The notes under the pieces: model-generated | Seen by the model: the letters and a program-made list of their open reading frames with translations, nothing else | Told to the model about the DNA's origin: nothing | Databases searched by the model: none | Source: Candidatus Bathyarchaeota archaeon | Lineage (GTDB): Archaea; Thermoproteota; Bathyarchaeia; Bathyarchaeales; Bathycorpusculaceae | Direction of reading: 5' to 3' | Assembly (NCBI GenBank): GCA_963775685.1 | Contig: CAVZJV010000005.1 | Coordinates: forward strand, 95,465 to 159,464 | DNA length: 64,000 nucleotides | Part shown: piece by piece, positions 61,162-64,000 of the stretch | Position numbering within the stretch: position 1 is the stretch's first letter | How the letters are laid out: each line of letters starts with the position of its first letter | Translations under genes and position numbers: made by a program

Positions 61162-62859
61162 ATGGATACGAGGGGAAAACACGACTCTAACAAGCTGAAT
61201 CCTTCTGAAAGCGCAATTTTGAAACGCTACCGCTCTTTTGTTGAGGTTTCAGGAGAACTTGGATGGGTTACAAACGCCGACGGAGAAGTCGAGGAAGACA
61301 TACCATCATGGAGAAAGTTTACCGGCCAGACTTGTGAAGAAGTTAAGGGATGGGGCTGGTCCAACGCTATACATCCTACCGACTTGGAACATACAAAGCA
61401 AATCTGGAACCAAGCCGTCAAAACAAAAAACAAATATGAGGTTGGATACCGAATTCGAAGACACGACAGCGTTTACCGTCTTTTTGCTGTACGTGGAGTT
61501 CCGGTGTTCAATCAAGACGGAGGTGTCCTTGAATGGGTTGGCACCTGCATAGACATCACTGAAAGCAGAAATATGGAGCAGGAATTAACTATCTCTTTTG
61601 AAAAATCACGTCGCCGAGAAACCGAGATTTCAGCGCTATTAAAAGCATCAAGATCAGTTTTGCAAAACAAAGAATTTCCAGATTCCGCTCGAGCAATATT
61701 CAATTCTTGTAAAGAACTACTCGGAGCAACAGCAGGATACGTTGCACTCTTAAGTGACGACGGAAAAGAAAATGAAGTCTTATTTTTGGATTCAGGGAAT
61801 CTGCCCTGCACCGTTGACCCTTCGCTTCCGATGCCTATTCGTGGACTCCGCGCGCAGGCATATAATTCGGGGCAAGTGTCAGTTGAAAATGATTTTAATC
61901 AAAGCGAATGGATTAGATTTATGCCTAAAGGTCATGTTCATCTCAAAAACGTATTGTTTGCGCCATTGTTAATTGAACAAACAACTGTCGGCGTAATTGG
62001 TTTGGCTAATAAAACAGGTGGCTTCACTAAACGTGATGCTGAAATGGCTTTGGCATTTGGAGAAATCGCTTCCGTCGCTTTAGCCAACAGCCAAATGCTG
62101 GAAATGTTGGAAGCAAGTGAAAAAAAGTTGAAGGCGCACACAGAAGATTTGGAGGCACTGGTTGAAGAACGAACCAAGAAGCTTAGGGACTCTGAACGTC
62201 TGGCAGCAATCGGCGAGACAGCAGGAATGGTTGGACATGACATCCGCAATCCTCTCCAATCAATAGTAGGCGAACTCTACTTGGCAAGAAATAGCCTTGC
62301 AGCTTTGCCTAATAGCCACGCTAAAGAAGAGGTAAGAGATAGCATCAGCTACATTGAAGAACAACTTGCCTACGTGAACAAAATCGTGCAAGACCTCCAA
62401 GACTACGCAAAAATGCCAAAGCCCCAATTGCAAGAAACTGACCTTGAAAAAACCGTTCAAAATGTTTTAGCATCGATGAATATTCAAGACAACATAGCTA
62501 TTTCTTACTCCCTTGAAGCAGACTTTCCAAAAATCATCACAGACCAGCTATACCTAAAGAGAATACTGACAAACCTAACATCTAATGCGGTACAAGCCAT
62601 GCTTAACGGAGGCAAACTCGATATAGCTTCGAAATGCAAAGAAAATAATGTATGCATCATTGTGGAAGATACAGGCGAAGGCATGTCTGACGAAGTGAAA
62701 GAAAAGCTATTCAAGCCATTGTTTACCACCAAAGCTAAAGGTCAAGGGTTCGGCTTAGCTGTTGTAAAGAAGCTCACTGAAGCGTTGGGCGGCAAAATAA
62801 TTGTTGAAAGCGTAGTTGGAAAGGGCACACGGTTTACTTTAGAGTTCCCTCTGACTTAG
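61162..62859 (+). CDS. PAS-GAF sensor histidine kinase
   Basis: PAS (IHPTD, WVGTCIDITE), GAF, HDIRNPL, NAVQA, DTGEG, GFGLAV. Confidence 0.94.
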   Translation: MDTRGKHDSNKLNPSESAILKRYRSFVEVSGELGWVTNADGEVEEDIPSWRKFTGQTCEEVKGWGWSNAIHPTDLEHTKQIWNQAVKTKNKYEVGYRIRRHDSVYRLFAVRGVPVFNQDGGVLEWVGTCIDITESRNMEQELTISFEKSRRRETEISALLKASRSVLQNKEFPDSARAIFNSCKELLGATAGYVALLSDDGKENEVLFLDSGNLPCTVDPSLPMPIRGLRAQAYNSGQVSVENDFNQSEWIRFMPKGHVHLKNVLFAPLLIEQTTVGVIGLANKTGGFTKRDAEMALAFGEIASVALANSQMLEMLEASEKKLKAHTEDLEALVEERTKKLRDSERLAAIGETAGMVGHDIRNPLQSIVGELYLARNSLAALPNSHAKEEVRDSISYIEEQLAYVNKIVQDLQDYAKMPKPQLQETDLEKTVQNVLASMNIQDNIAISYSLEADFPKIITDQLYLKRILTNLTSNAVQAMLNGGKLDIASKCKENNVCIIVEDTGEGMSDEVKEKLFKPLFTTKAKGQGFGLAVVKKLTEALGGKIIVESVVGKGTRFTLEFPLT

Positions 62860-63166
62860 AATACGCGGGACCCTTTACCGTAAGCGTTGAAACCCTAACG
62901 CAAGGAGGAACTGCTCAATCATTCTTTACATGATGAAGTGAAGGGAACTGACAAGAAAACTTTCATTTTTTAAAAATAGGACATTTGCGTTAATCCGAGT
63001 TAAAAAAGAGGTTATAGATTTTGAGTGGACAGTGAAACTTTTCAATTTAGAATCCAAACTATACCGTTGCCCACACATGAGATAACCGAAAAAATAGAGC
63101 AGTATAGAAAAATGGTCGCGAGAATCCATGTAACCTTTTGACTACCAAAATTTTGCCACGCAAAAA

Positions 63167-63670
63167 TTAAGATTGGTGCTGTTTGATGAATTTGGCAAGG
63201 TTTATAATTTCTAGGTCGCCTCGGCATCGTGGGCAGACATTTTGAATTTGAGGTGTTTTTGCGCCTATTTTCAACGGAGCTCCACAGTGGCAACAGTAGT
63301 ATGTTAGGTTTTGTCCTTTTTCTGCAAGCTTTTTGACAAGTTCAATTGCTTCTTTTTGTTCCTCAGACAAGTTATCTTTCTTTTTTGAACTTACTTTTTG
63401 TTCAGTTGAATAGTCTCGGCAGGTTTCTGCTTCAACGAAATACATGTTAAATCCTGCTTTCACAGGAACTATCGCTTTCCTACGCTTACCGCATGATTCC
63501 TCATCGAAGTAGCCGCAGTCTTCACAGCTTTTCTTCTGAGCATATTCCTTCTGAAGCTTCCAAAGACAATCCGCACAGTACGTCTGCTCTTTACCATTTA
63601 TATTGACAATTAAACCTGAGCCGGAGAAGGATTTCTTGCAACTAAAACATTCAGACCGCATAATGTTCAC
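63167..63670 (-). CDS. Multi-Zn-ribbon protein
   Basis: CFSC, CADC, CEDC, CCHCG, CPRC motifs. Confidence 0.8.
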   Translation of the reverse strand: MNIMRSECFSCKKSFSGSGLIVNINGKEQTYCADCLWKLQKEYAQKKSCEDCGYFDEESCGKRRKAIVPVKAGFNMYFVEAETCRDYSTEQKVSSKKKDNLSEEQKEAIELVKKLAEKGQNLTYYCCHCGAPLKIGAKTPQIQNVCPRCRGDLEIINLAKFIKQHQS

Positions 63671-64000
63671 TTTGGAAATTACATTCGGTAAGCTTTTATT
63701 TATTGTTTGACTGCAAAGGATAGAAAATGCTTGTTTCTGAAATAAGAGACAATGGCCTTCAAAATTACTGAGGCGCCAGAAAATGTTAAGTCAGTCAACA
63801 TTTATTGGCATATTAGTGCAATAAGCAACGACTTAACTCTGGCTATGAGTAAATGCCTGTTTTCCTTAAAACTCGAATATTTTGCTTAAGCAACAAATTT
63901 CATCCGCAACTTCAAAAATATAAATGGACAAAAACAAAAAAACCAAATCTCCTGCCCAAGAACTCAAGAACAAGAAGCAAAACAAAACCCACCAGGGTTG

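Overview
Archaeal chromosomal window. Gene content points to Bathyarchaeia or a related TACK lineage (inference from TFB, Nre, TackOD1-like, PEF-CTERM and PQQ-propeller surface proteins and HTH_45-type regulators). Bases 1 to ~7.9 kb are the right-hand part of an AT-rich integrated element. It carries a divergent tyrosine integrase, RHH and Zn-finger microproteins, HEPN-like and PD-(D/E)XK proteins, a palindrome-rich control region, intergenic hairpins and a nested ~260-nt foldback next to the integrase. By manual scan the element lacks GATC, CTAG, GGCC and CCGG but is rich in GAGAC/GTCTC. The host part has four tRNAs (Asp, Arg, Ile, Ser), Nre, a metal ABC transporter, TFB, a degraded LigD-type ligase, and an nrdR-nrdD-nrdG operon with tandem NrdR-like boxes. 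It also has 2-oxoacid:ferredoxin oxidoreductase genes, a tandem ferritin-like protein, a membrane protein/wHTH pair divergent from a large beta-propeller surface protein with paired operators, cbiMNQO, an MFS transporter and two histidine kinases. A structured intergenic repeat occurs in at least two dispersed copies. Many genes have single-base frameshifts that may be assembly errors. All calls come from reading the sequence by eye; no searches were run.
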